From: Nemertoderma westbladi
Lineage: Eukaryota > Animalia > Xenacoelomorpha
Direction: 5' to 3'
NCBI GenBank assembly: GCA_032718475.1
Contig: JAUCBJ010008372.1
Coordinates: forward strand, 1-64,000
Length of the DNA: 64,000 nt
Shown: positions 1-12,900 of the stretch, piece after piece
Position numbering within the stretch: the first letter of the stretch is position 1
How the letters are laid out: each line of letters opens with the position of its first letter
Position numbers and translations under genes: made by a program
The notes under the pieces: generated by a model
What the model was told of the DNA's origin: nothing
Seen by the model: the letters and a program-made list of their open reading frames with translations, nothing else
The model's database searches: none

Positions 1-710
1 TCTTTAGCTGGGGGTTTACCTTACAGTGTTCACTGCCCCTACTGCCTAATCGTACTTAATCGGACAGATGATCTACACACGCGGCAATCCGTTCAGACTT
101 AATAACAGCCAGACAACTATCCAGCCTACAAATTATTTAAATAAAATTATACGCTACCCGTACAGACTTACACAAACAAAGTACAGACTAAACGATGGCA
201 GACTACTCTCAAGCCTAAATAAACCACAGGACATGCAGACTCCGAAATGATTAGGGAGTATGCGCTCTAACCCAGTAGTGCGACTTATTCTTTAGTTGGG
301 GGATTTACCTTACAGCGTGGCTGCCCCTACTTCCTAATCGTACTTAATCGGACAGGTGCTCTACACACACTGTAATCCGTTCGGACTTAACAGCAATCAG
401 ACAACTATCCAGCCTACAAATTATTTAAATAAAATTATACGCTACCCGTACAGACTTACACAAACAAAGTACAGACTAAACGATGGCAGACTACTCTCAA
501 GCCTAAATAAACCACAGGACATGCAGACTCCGAAATGATTAGGGAGTATGCGCTCTAACCCAGTAGTGCGACTTATTCTTTAGTTGGGGGATTTACCTTA
601 CAGCGTGGCTGCCCCTACTTCCTAATCGTACTTAATCGGACAGGTGCTCTACACACACTGTAATCCGTTCGGACTTAACAGCAATCAGACAACAGCTCAG
701 CCTACAAATT
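1..710. repeat. 288-bp tandem repeat, about 2.5 copies visible (may continue upstream of the window)
   Basis: Unit start tctttag(c/t)tggggg recurs at 1, 289 and 577. The near-identical 60-aa ORFs at 68 and 356 are exactly 288 bp apart. Confidence 0.9.
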
Positions 711-3239
711 GTCTGTCCAATCTGATCAGGTTTACACGCCTTCTGTTCAATACTGGCCTACAAACAAATAAAACTGACAGAAATAAGTAAGCTCCAAAAG
801 AAACAAGGGGTGTACAGTCCCTAATCTCTTAAACAGCCTACCGGTATACAACAATCAAATCGAATAATACTAGTGTACTTATACTGCTGTAGGTACCGGT
901 CCGGGTGGTTAGGTAGTCAGGCCTACTGGTACCGGTTCTGGCAGTTGGGCCTACTGACCTACAGATGTACCGGTTGACCGGTACTTTCAACTTTATTGCT
1001 TACTGCAATAAAGAAGCTATATCCTTTAATGTTCGCGCTTTCAGACCTTTGGCAGTTTAACCCGCCAAATTAGAATGTCTTCTAGATAATAAATCTGCTT
1101 TTTAGTCTATGACAAGTATTTGATTCACTACACTAGTCGAAACCAATCCGTGCGCGACCATTCACCCGCTGGATATTCCCGGGAGATTGGGTTCGACGGT
1201 TTAATTTTTATTGCTATGTAAGCCTAATGTATTATTCGACTGACAGTATTATATAATCTCTGACAATATTATTCACCTTCGGTAATATTAACAGTTCCTT
1301 TAGGACGTGGCGCTTTATCTACATAAACAGAGTTATGACTTAAACTACTCGCAACGATATGGCTTAATTATAATCCACATATATGGCGCATTCTTTAGGA
1401 ATTGCTTCTTTAACAGACTCACTCATACACTATGCTGCACAATACTGCACACTAATCTGCCAATCTTCACTGATTTTAGTCACATATAAAAGGAACACAG
1501 GCTGACTCATGTAGGGTCTATCAAATAACATTAGATTCGCTTCAAACCACTTTAACATAAGTCACAATCGTTATTGGTAACCTTTCTCTCTTACCTTCGG
1601 TATATCAAGAATATTGGGTTGCGGGGTGATTTATCGTTATTCCAAATATAATAATTCATCAACCATATTATGAAGAACTGACAGCAAATAGCAGTATAAA
1701 ACAACAACTGAACAGTTAGGTACATCGGTACATCAGTACCGGTATATCAGCAGTGAGATATTTACGGAGTGATATTTATCAGATGTGTTAAAGGATATAT
1801 GCCCTTTATAATTAAACCTACCAGTGTACGACTAAAAAGCAGTACAGCACAAAATATTTATAAGCCGTTCTTTCTTTGGCTCAAGACTGAATGATAAACA
1901 CTGCACATAGGCATTTCGTCATTTCTCGGAAATTCTCTGTACAAGGAGCCACAAAAACGCTCTCATTGGCTGACTGAGCTGAGAGACGCCGTAGAACAAA
2001 GGAAATCAACACGTATGAATGTCAGCTGTTAACCGTAGTCATAGTAACTACTGTTCAAGAGTAGCTATCACTCCTTTGCGTCACAAATTGCCATAGAATC
2101 ATAAAATATACCTTTCACAATACACATACGGAGGAAATAAGTCTTAGATCCTCTAAAAACACCGATACAGTAATAATACGGTCTCTTACACTTATTAAAT
2201 CAACTACAGAGTATTTTAATGTAAAAGATAATAAAAATAACGGGGCAATTCAGCAAAGGCTTTTACAGCGAGGCAGTTAGTTTTAATGTTCAAACTTAAT
2301 GATGCAAGTTTATTTTATTTTAATTAATTGAGTCCTGCGTTACTGTAACGGTACCCGTACCTACTTATTTTAATTATCCCTTTCGTTAGGCTGTAAGATT
2401 ACGTGATTCCAGAATGATAATTATGTTTTAATGGAAATTTGTATTTCTTTGTATATAGTTTGACCCCACTGTAATACGATTTTTAATATTAAATTTATTC
2501 TATTGTATAAATTCAGGTAGGCCTATTCTCCTTGCTGCTGTTCTTATAGAGTTTTAGTTAGTCCCTGATGATGCCCCTAGAGGGAGAAATGAATTGGTAA
2601 CAATACAATATAACAGATAGTTGTTGGGTGTATGAAAACTCCTTTATTTTAACAAGTTGTGAACGACGAAAACCTTGTCTGCTGAGTATGACTTGTCGCG
2701 CCCTGAAGACGGCTTGTCGTTTTTTAAATAGTTTTCCAGTTGTCAATAAATTTCCATTTTCCATTGTTAACAAATTTACTGTGGTATTATTCTTAGTGCG
2801 GCATCCTCTGTCTTACATGTAACAGCTAAGAGAGAAAGGACCTACCGATTACCTTCAGTGGTGTTTCACTCGTTCAGCGTTAACATTTATATTTACACTA
2901 AACTAATAGAAATAAAGTAATCGAACAAATATAAAGAGTCATTTAATGCTGTCCCTTCTATAAATATTCTTTTATATTAAGACGTCTTCACAAATCCACT
3001 AAATATTTAGATAATAAAGCAAGTTTTTAACAAAAAAATTCGAACAAATTCATATGTTTTGGTCGACCGATTGGTAATATTAATAGGCCACACATTAATT
3101 AATAATTTTTACTATCCAATTAGCATGAATCTTTACTGCCATTATAAAATGAAATCAACTTTTTATATAAAATTCACTTCAAACTAACAGTTATTTATTA
3201 CTTCCTTATCCAAGTTTCCCTTATCCATTCGTTTAGCCC

Positions 3240-4245
3240 ATGAGTCAACTTTGAACATTCAGCTTGACCACCCCTTTTGAACTCAAGCATCGCTACCCAT
3301 TTCTAATGGTGGCGTAGGCATGTATTGTCAGCCTTTCTGGCCTTGTCTTCGGATGCAGTCCCCTAGTGCATGCCTATTGCCATCCTTTATCTCAGACTGA
3401 GCCAACCCCCTTTATCTATCTCTATGACAGTCACTCCTCCCTCCTACTTTCCCAATCCACCAAGGCAATCCAGGGAACTGCAGCATCTAGAAAGCATGGG
3501 ACTCTACTTTCTGCAAATAAACCTTGAACTCCCTTCTTTCCTCTTCCACCACACCCAAGGAATCGGCCCGCCTTCTGGCTTCCAAGACAGTTCACCCTAG
3601 AGACTGGCTTCAGGTCATTATGATCGCAGTCCAGAACTCCACGTTAACGATGACCAGATCAGGATTGGTGCTGCAATTCGCCTTGGAGTACCCTTTTGCG
3701 TGGAATATACTTGCAGAGATTTCAATGTACTCATCGGCTCTTGTGGAACCATGGCCTTAGCTCCTTTCATAATTACAGTAAGTAAAATTATTCAAGACAA
3801 GCCGAGGCCAATGATGTCATCCATCGCGCACTAGCATCTGCTGGATATACTTTGGATCCCCGGAGCCTCTGTGACGAGAAGCGTAATCGTAAACCTGATG
3901 GAATGTCCCTTGCACATTGATCCAAATGCAAATCACTTGTCTGGGACTTCACTTTTCATGACACACTTGCACCATCAATCTCCCCACCACTGAATGAGGA
4001 GCAGCAGCTACAGTTGAGGTTCTCAAGAGCAAGAAGTATAGTGACCTTGCCCACTGCTACAACTATGTCACCGTAATTGCAGAAACCCCAGGGCCCATTG
4101 ACACTGAAGCTACAGCTCTTCTGAAAGAAATAGGGCGTAAACTATCATGGCTACTGGTGAACTGTGTGCCATCGAATTCCTCTTACAACGCCTTTCAGTG
4201 GCCATCATCTGAGGCAATACAACCGCCATCCTGAGTCTATGAAGT
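3240..4245 (+). mobile_element. Fossil non-LTR retrotransposon with restriction-like endonuclease (CRE/R2-superclade type), 3' part, many stops and frameshifts
   Basis: Manual translation gives QASLPISNGGVG (~3285), IRIGAAIRLGVPFCVEYTC..HGLS (~3655-3760), KPDGMSL...LVWDFTFHDTLAPS (~3890-3975) and LLQRLSVAII*GNTTAIL (~4180-4235). These match the RT-thumb, zinc-finger and PD-(D/E)xK C-terminal signature of this group. Confidence 0.8.
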
Positions 4246-6230
4246 TGCATTTGCATGCATTTACCCTGGCTCTAAGCCAAAACCCTCCCATTTTGCCAGT
4301 GGACCGCACTAGAAATAAGTCGTCAGTTTTTGTGCATAATGAATTCCCTTTACTTTTCACTTTTCTTTAAATACTGGTATCACAAATCAATGTTTAGCTA
4401 TAATTTTTGCCTTCATGTCCCTATCAACTATCAATCCGCACCGTTGAAAACCCATTAACACTATGAAGATAATGAGGACAAGTCAGATCTCCTAAGGATT
4501 GGATTTACAAATCATCATTCTCCGAAAAAGCAATCAGTTCGAGGATAAATGAATTTTCTCAGTGCTCTATAGCACATAGAGTTGGGTAATCTGTCAACAG
4601 TGCAACCAGTCAAACAGATTGAAAAACCAATTTATATTGTATTTCACCAAACCCTTATATTGTTGTCACTATTATTTGGCATCCGCAATATGGACTTTTT
4701 ATGAATAGTTACTGGGTCATGAAATGTCTGGATGTTGGGGCGTGAATAATGATGAAATATTGTTGGATTTTTATAAATCCGTTTATATATATTTTAACCC
4801 ACCTGTCTCATTAATAATCACCCATTCGTTTAACATCTCCTAATTCCATCACTGTGTAATGGCATTGATCCAACATGCACAGTCAGAGGGGATGTGGGAT
4901 TGCAGTGGGGAAGGCTAAGTTAAAATTCCAATCATACAAGGATGACAAACAGCTTTGTCCAGGATACAATTATTGGATTTATTAGACCAATTTTATGACA
5001 ATTTTTTACTAATTAGTTACATGATCTTAACGTGAGATATAAGCATGTTTTTTAGAAGTATTTAATATGCCAAAGCCGAGTCTGGTACAGCCCACAATGT
5101 TATGAAAGACTCATGGTGTCTTATCAAAGCAGACCAAGTGAGTTACTACTACTGCACATAACATTGGCAATGAAAAGAAAAAATCTACAAAAGAATGGCA
5201 TGGTGATTGCTTGGACTGGACGTGGGCATTGCAGATGGCTCCTTGTAATGCTGGCAGGCAGCTGTATGGACGTTTGGAACCCATAACTTAGACGCGAGGA
5301 AATCTCTGCCCTTCTATGAAAATTACTCACCTTATGATAAAGGTATTCCAGCTTAGAGAATGCTGGCGTGTTGGAAACATGTTCGTTAGGAAAGGAGGTT
5401 GGATATTGTTTCCATGACTTCATATGACATTAATGTATGTACCATGTATGTACATCCCTTGGTGTATTACAATCAACTTGACATTTATGCTAAAAGCTTT
5501 CATTAGTTAATTTTTTCCTAAAAAAACATTGTGGGTGGATGTATGGCGCTGCATTGTGTAGTATAATGGCTGGCCCACAGGGTTTGACGGTTTTGACATT
5601 ATTGATTACCTCGTTCTACAATTTATTCCTCTCGGGCATTATTCCTATACCTATTGTATCCACCATCCAGGCATGTTCCTAAGTGGATCTCCATAGACTA
5701 GACAAGTCTCAGATTAACATGGTTTCCCTTACCGTGCAATCTACTCTCACTAAAATACACATCTGGTTTTCCTTTGCCTAATCTCAACATGCCCTGTGCC
5801 TGCATATGCATGGGTTACCTGTTGATGGTTGGATATATAATGCAAGTGTTCCACTTACTTACCATATAAATGGATTAATAAAGTTAATCTGAAGATCTAT
5901 TTATAATACCAAGGTATTCAGTACCTAATATTAACCTACCATTTCAACAGATCCATAATGTCTTCTATTAAATATGCTACGTCTCGTTGATGAGTCAGAG
6001 GTTGGAGTACTGCAACAATAAAATAAAATGTTAAAAGTAACACAAATCATATGTTTCAACTGCAGGCTGAAACGTGCAGCTCACCAGCTATCTGCTATCA
6101 TCTTATGATCATTTATGGCAAGCAAAATCTGATTTTTGTTTTAGTTTAGGTAATTAAATACTTTCCGGTAATGTTTTTACTTTATTAGAATTGAAATCGT
6201 TATTTTATGCTGATTCTATTTATTACTTTA

Positions 6231-6268
<38 letters not shown>

Positions 6269-6736
6269 CTAAATCAAGTATATTTAAATTTACCAATGGA
6301 GATTAAGTATTAGTATACAGTTACCTAGAAATAATTAAAATAAAATAATAATTGTTGTATCTAGTTTTGTGTCTCTCCAGTTCTCCAAATACAATATCTT
6401 CTCATCATCTCAAGAGTCTGACACCCTCACAGTATACTTCACTATGATATGCTCTGCTTGGACGCAGCGAATTAGCGAGATTGTTGAGGTATATTATGCG
6501 GTTCCTATCCGTAGGCATCATGTCGCAGTAACGTTTCATCACCTTTCGATCGCCGCACCCCTTAAAATCATTTAGGAAAAAGAGGGGCATAGGTTGGAAG
6601 TAAGCCGCGGATCCTCTGCTGGCACGGTGGTATAGGAAAGAGGACTACGGTGACCTCGAAGGCCTCGACTTTAAATATTGCTTTTATTTTTCAAATTGAA
6701 TTGAAATCTTTTTATGAAAATAATTTGGCTTATTTA

Positions 6737-6960
6737 AGGGGGTAAACGCTATGCCTACACATAAACCTACTTGTAGACAGGTTAGTAAATAAGCAGGTGA
6801 CAGAGGCAGAAAGAAACAAAAACAATAAACGAGAGATATAAAACATAATTTAATTGAGAATCAACAGTTTGACGCTCAACAGTGAGATGTATTAGCTTAC
6901 CGGCAGGCTGGTACGAGTGTTTGTAGGCGTGTGTACGAGTAGGCGTAACGTTTACCCCCC
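6737..6960. mobile_element. 224-bp MITE, probably PIF/Harbinger type
   Basis: ~22-bp terminal inverted repeats (agggggtaaacgctatgcctac ... gtaggcgtaacgtttacccccc), flanked by a TTA direct repeat at 6734-6736 and 6961-6963. Confidence 0.7.
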
Positions 6961-7374
6961 TTATTGAATTTAATTGGACGCGCAGGGAGTAGGTAGGTAA
7001 CCTTACCAGAGATATATATCCGGAAGTACAATAGGATCATTGTGCAACATGCAGCAGTCATGCACTATGGGTTTCGCTACACATTGGGGCTTTGCGCTAA
7101 AGGGCGACAGACAATATACGTTTTAATTGAATGTGAATTTTTTGTATTCTTCACGTTTTAATTAACAAAATAAACTAAACTAACTAAAGATTTCGCCGAA
7201 ATATGGCAGTGATGGGTTTTCAACATTTTGGAAATACGGAAAAATAGAAAAATTTATCAACATGTTGAATCGCAAAATAAAAAATATCTGTGAATCCTGA
7301 AATTTGTTATCCAGTTTTTAAAAGTTTTAGTTGACCACTAAGCAATTTGTTTAAAAATAACATTAAACCTCGAC

Positions 7375-7849
7375 TAACCTAGGTACATAGGTTACCTAGG
7401 TACATAGGTTACCTAGTTACATAGGTTACCTAGGTACATAGGTTACCTAGGTACATAGGTTACCTAGTTACATAGGTTACCTAGTTACATAGGTTACCTA
7501 GTTACATAGGTTACCTAGTTACATAGGTTACCTAGTTACATAGGTTACCTAGGTACATAGGTTACCTAGTTACATAGGTTACCTAGGTACATAGGTTACC
7601 TAGTTACATAGGTTACCTAGGTACATAGGTTACCTAGGTACATAGGTTACCTAGTTACATAGGTTACCTAGTTACATAGGTTACCTAGTTACATAGGTTA
7701 CCTAGTTACATAGGTTACCTAGTTACATAGGTTACCTAGGTACATAGGTTACCTAGTTACATAGGTTACCTAGGTACATAGGTTACCTAGTTACATAGGT
7801 TACCTAGGTACATAGGTTACCTAGTTACATAGGTTACCTAGGTACATAG
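7375..7849. repeat. 17-bp minisatellite tag(g/t)tacataggttacc, about 28 copies
   Basis: Directly visible tandem array with two unit variants. It ends exactly at the 5' LTR boundary. Confidence 0.97.
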
Positions 7850-9434
7850 TGTTCGCGGTATTTCAACTTTCCATAACGCGAGTTGAATATTTTTGTATTT
7901 TATTAAAATTGATTATTCCGATATTACTACTGGGTGCGGGACCATGGGTTTTGGGCACATTCAATAAACTGGGGGCGATTTATGGGCGAACTTTGGGGCA
8001 ACTTACAGGGTACGGGAATAATTTCATAGTTATAAGGGCCAGGGGGGATGGAAAATGCAAGCAGTATTCAGGTTAGCCTGAGTACTATTAGGCCCTGGCC
8101 AACTTCCTGCTGCCTGTAGGGGTGGATTTGGTAATGTGCCAGGCCTAAAGGACAAGGACTGCCCTTAGCGGTCCCTGGCCAACGGCAGCTACTACGAGCC
8201 TGAAAAGGACTCGGAACGCTGACTGCTTGTGTCAGGGATTTGCGACGGGCACCGACGGCCCCTTAGTAGCCAAGCCGTTCTGGGTCTCAATGATCGAACC
8301 CCGGGGTTCGTGAGGGGTGGAGCGGACACGCGAACAGGTGGCCAACTTAAGACTGCCCCCTGACCTAAGCCGTACTGGTTCTCGATGACCGATCCCTTTG
8401 GGGTTCGTGAGGGGTGGGACGGACATGCGAAAGGGCTGGCCACAGGACTGGTTTGACAAGGACTGCCCTTAGCGGTCTCGGGTCAACTGCGGCTACTACG
8501 AGCCTGAAAAGGACTCGGAACGCTGACTGCTTGACTGTGATTTGCGACGGGAACCGACGACAGACCCCTTAGCCAAGCCGTTCTGGTTCTCGATGATCGT
8601 TCCCTTCGGGGTTCGTGAGGGGTGGAACGGACACGCGATGGGGTCGAAAGACAAAGGACTAGACTCGACTAGACTCTACTGGCCTACCGACTGTTCGGAG
8701 CAGTTTCTCGGCTGCCGAAGCGACTACGAGCCTGAAAAGGACTCGGAAAGCCTAGGTGGTTGGGTTTCTGTGATGAACTGACGGACCCCTAGCCAAGCCG
8801 TTCTGGTTCTCGATGATCGAACCCTTCCGGGTTCGTGAGGGGTGGAACGGACACGCGAACGGGTCCACCGACACGACAGACTCCTAGCCAAGCCGTACTG
8901 GTTCTCGATGACCGAACCCTTCGGGGTTCGAGAGGGGTGGTACGGATACGCGACAGAGTCTACCGACTGGACCGACCCTTAGCCAAGCCGTGCTGGTTCT
9001 CGATGATCGTTCCCTTCGGGGTTCGTGAGGGGTGGAACGGACACGCGACAGGGTCGACCGACACCGACACTACGGCACTAAGACTGGGACTGAGGGAAAA
9101 TCTGGGGAACATTAGGTAGGCTAAAATTCTGAGCGAACAGTGGGTTATTAAATAATATACCGTAGGGATTTATATTATCGTGTATACTTATTGTGAATAT
9201 TTGGTGTATATTGATTTGGGGAAGCCCAAAATTATTCTTAATCAAGGTTCAACAGAGTTCAGTTACATTAAAGAGTATATCCAACTAATGCAGCTTTTCT
9301 CAACCGCAAACTTGCATCTTAGAAATATTCCCTCCCCACAATCAATATCCGGTGACTGGCCGGGGCTCGGTGGTCTGTTAAGTCACGTCTCCAGCATCGG
9401 CGTTTTTCCCCCTGGTGTAGGAATAACGGCAACA
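7850..9434 (+). repeat. 5' LTR (1585 bp)
   Basis: Starts tgttcgcggtatttcaac and ends ataacggcaaca. Colinear with 18243-19854. Confidence 0.93.
8258..9056 (+). ncRNA. Array of six ~85-nt structured RNA units (kink-turn-like core, C(UUCG)G apical hairpin) in the 5' LTR
   Basis: Consensus core ccgttc-tggttctc-gat-ga-t-cgaaccc-ttcg-gggttcg-t-ga-ggggtg-gaacgg at about 8258, 8353, 8563, 8783, 8878 and 8973, with compensatory changes in two stems. The repeat is directly visible; RNA function is inferred. Confidence 0.6.
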
Positions 9435-9455
9435 AAATTAAGAATAATTATATGG

Positions 9456-9602
9456 TTAATTTTGAACGGGTGTCAAAATTAAGAATAATTCACGTGGTTA
9501 ATTTTGACGGGGTGTCAAAATTAAGAATAATTAATGCGGTTAATTTTGACACGGTGTCAAAATTAAGGATAATTACGGTCAACTTCAACTGGTGGAAGTT
9601 GA
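9456..9602 (+). repeat. 42-bp-period palindromic repeats (three copies plus a fourth unrelated hairpin) at the position of the primer-binding site
   Basis: ttaattttga(c)...(g)tcaaaattaa at 9456-9482, 9498-9524 and 9540-9566; tcaacttc...gaagttga at 9579-9602. Confidence 0.85.
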
Positions 9603-9768
9603 GAATCCTTCAATACTCTTCAAAAACTCTCTATGTGCTTGCCAGCACCCACTACGAGGAAACTCTGGTATTTGAGTTGAGACAAAGTCGTGGTTTAATT
9701 AAACAACAAACTCGATCTAACCAACTCGTAGTCGGCAGATCACAATTCGGGAGAGTTGTTAACAGGGA

Positions 9769-9960
9769 ATGGAAGTATCGATCACACCCATTGATATAAT
9801 TCAAGTTGAGCCAGGAATCTGGCACGTCGAAGTTGAGGTACAAGGAACGAACGTTGGACGATTCAGGATTACTGTTCGGGTGGTCCAAGCTGAGTACAAT
9901 ACCTACGAGGAACTGTTTTACGACATCGCGTATCTCGCCATCGACGAGGCGTTACAATGA
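9769..9960 (+). CDS. Small upstream ORF (63 aa) overlapping the gag start, unknown function
   Basis: ATG start, protein-like alternating hydrophobic pattern, and its stop overlaps the gag ATG as ATGA (9957-9960). Confidence 0.4.
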   Translation: MEVSITPIDIIQVEPGIWHVEVEVQGTNVGRFRITVRVVQAEYNTYEELFYDIAYLAIDEALQ

Positions 9961-12900
9961 CCACAAATAACGTATCCGATACCGACGAGATGGATCACCA
10001 CACAGACTCGGAAGCCGACGAGGTACCAAACGTCAAGAACATGACCCGTCGGTTAGGGGCTCTTAAAGGCGGAGTAACCCGAGTGTATCAACGGATGGAG
10101 AAACAACTCAAGGGAGTCAAAACCCCCCTCAATGAGGTACAAACTCAGCTTCAAAGTATCCGAAATATCCTACAGCGGTACGAAAGAATGATACAGGCGT
10201 ACCAAGAGCTCGTTCCCCCCACCGATCTGGAAAACTACCCCAAGTTGGAAGAACACGTTGTACATCTAGATGGGTTCCGCAAACAACACCGGAGGACCCT
10301 CAGCCTTGTGAGAGGCTATGAGGAACAGTATTACAAGAGGGCCGAAAGAACAGACGCGGAATCAGTACGATCCTCCAGCATCAGGACAGCAGTACATCGA
10401 AAGAGAACGGGGTCCGTTAGAGATCAGCACTCCAGCGCTAGGAGCGAAATATCCGGCTCAGCGCGCAGTTCTCAAGGGGCGCCGCCACTCCGAGACCAAC
10501 TGCGAGAACGGAAGGCATTAGCCCTCAAAGCTCGGATGGAAGATGAGTATATTCAACTGCAAGCCGAGCAAGATGTATTAGCCGCCGAAACACAAAAGCG
10601 AGAGGCCGAACAAGAGGTCGAACGACGGGTCGAACAACGCAGACAGGAGGTCAGACAGGAGATCGAACAACGTGAACGAGAGGCCAAACGAGAGATCGAA
10701 CAACATGAACGGGAGGCCAAACAAGAGATCGAACAACGTAAATGGGAAGCAGAAATGCGTAAACAACACGCCGAGGCCCAAGCGATTCTCACTCACAAAA
10801 AGAATGCAGATATTGCGAAACTGGCGGAATACGAGGCCGCACTTATAGAACGAGATATTCAACTCTACGAGGACTGGGAAAGGGATATAGATCAGGAATA
10901 TGAACCAATTCCGATACCGGAGTTAGAAAAGTCATTTACACCAACAGCGACGAAACCTCCGAAACTCGAGATCCCGCCTACCAAACAGTCTACGCTATCG
11001 GCACAAGCTCCGGTGTTTCATCCCCCACCGGCTACGCTAAAGAATGAGGAACCCTATTTCCCATCCAACACCACGACAGCGAGTGTACCCAAGTACGAGC
11101 CTGAAAAGGACTCGGAACGGGACGCCACTCCCCGATCAAACAACCCATTTACATCAACACCACAAACTCGCAGCCGCGTCATTATTAAAACTCCACCTAC
11201 TATTGATCCATCAAGTATGGGAGTGAGTGCCAATAACTATAACCCTCCGAGTCACTCTAGTTCAGACGACGTCAGCATCATCCGGGCGTTGGAGAACCGC
11301 CTTGCCATGCCAAAGATGGAGATTCGCACCTTCGAAGGAGATCCCGTCGATTACCTCAGATTCAAGAAACGGTTCTTTGCGCAGATCGGATCAACGGACA
11401 TAGCCGACGCACAGAAATTGGTATATTTATCGCAATACCTGGGTGACAAGCCACGCAGAATTGTTGCATGTTTTGAGGGAGGTTCTCATGAGGCATACTA
11501 TGACGCATGGAAAACTCTAGATAAAAGATACGGAAATACCGGAACTATAATTAATAAAACTCTAGAGAAACTGATACAAGACGCGGGATCACTAGGGGAC
11601 CCACAGAACCTCCAGGAATTCTCAGATTCCATGAAGGATGCCTACTACACTCTGAAACCCTTAAATAAGGAGGACCAGGTGAACAACATTCTAAACCTCC
11701 GACAGATCGCCCGGAAGTTCCCCGGATGGCTGCAAAGTAAGTGGGCCTATAAATGCGTAGATCTCCGGCGCAGACATCCAGATCAAGATCCCAGCTTCCT
11801 CGAAATGTCGGCATTCCTGGACGATATCTCCGAAGCCATGAATGACTCGATGTTCTCGAAACAAAGTCTCGCCAAGTTGGACGCAATGGAGAGCAATTAC
11901 CAGAGCAGGGCACCCACTCCAAACCCAAGATTCCGCCCTACTCCTGTGAGTGCGATGGCCATCAGTATGGCTGAGGACTCGGATGACGAGGATTACGAGG
12001 AACCGACCTCAGCAGAAGAATGGGCATGCTACCTAGCGAATTGGGCACCCGAAAGGGAAGGCACCACAGCCTCCCCTATATGTCTCTTCTGTGGGGAGAA
12101 ACACAAAGTGGAATTCTGCAGAAAGTTTCAGTTCGCCGAACTCGTCCCACGCTTCGAGGCGATAATGAAACACCGAGGATGCTTCCGGTGTCTTGGAACA
12201 GGTCACTATGTTCGGGAGTGCGACCAAAGATCATGCTGTACTGTCTGTAACGACCAACGCCATCACACGCTCCTCCACATCCCCGCGAACTTCGATTTTA
12301 CTACCCTCCCCTTTCGGATCGAAGCCAGGCGAAGAGGAGAAACAAACCACATCTTCAAAGGAACCCGGACAACCCAACGGAGAGAAACCAACCCGTTTAA
12401 GATCTCCACCAATACACCACAAGTAACCAATATTTCGGCCACGATTAATCTTATAAATCGCCGCTACATGGTTTTCGCAAAGGTAATCCCAGTGAGGATC
12501 CAAGGAGTCGGCAAATCTTTGACGACACTCGCGTTCCTCGATAACGGGTCTGACGGAACCATCATCGACCGGGATTTCCTCGAGCAACTCGGCCTAGAAT
12601 ATGAACCTTGTAAACGGCCCATACAAACCATCACCGATAACAGAGAGGTAGAGTCCGGGGAGGTGCAACTCCAGATGGAAGGAGTGATGAAGGGCTACGA
12701 AACGGCTAAGTTAACCATAAAGAACGCCTTGGTACACACAGACCTCCGGGTGCGGTTCCGACAATCAGCCGAGTACGCCCCCCTCATACAATTGGACCGG
12801 GACGATGTAGACCTGAGGTGTCCGCAGTTGGACGTAAACCGTATCACCCTACTGATCGGACTTGATACACCGGAACTACACATCCCCACAGGAGATATCG

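Noticed and set aside
1-2190. Possible minus-strand LTR or leader of another retroelement ending ...tctcttaca
   Set aside because: No partner LTR, PBS or coding motif within the window.
4400-5460. Possible exons or transposase remnants (ORF 5124-5423)
   Set aside because: No recognisable motif in any frame I translated.
8790-8860. SECIS or hammerhead ribozyme interpretation of the LTR unit
   Set aside because: It has an AUGA/GA quartet, but the upper helix is only ~7 bp with a UUCG loop and no apical AA. The CUGAUGA/GAAA hammerhead core is not present.
8258-9056. CRISPR or TIGR-like repeat-spacer array in the LTR
   Set aside because: The variable segments mostly form the closing stems of each hairpin, spacing is irregular, there is no Cas or Nop-domain gene, and the context is a eukaryotic LTR.
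7849-9482. Short ORFs within the LTRs and antisense to gag/ORF3
   Set aside because: Expected in GC-rich repeats and on the antisense strand of coding DNA. They have no domain motifs, and several differ in frame between the two LTRs.
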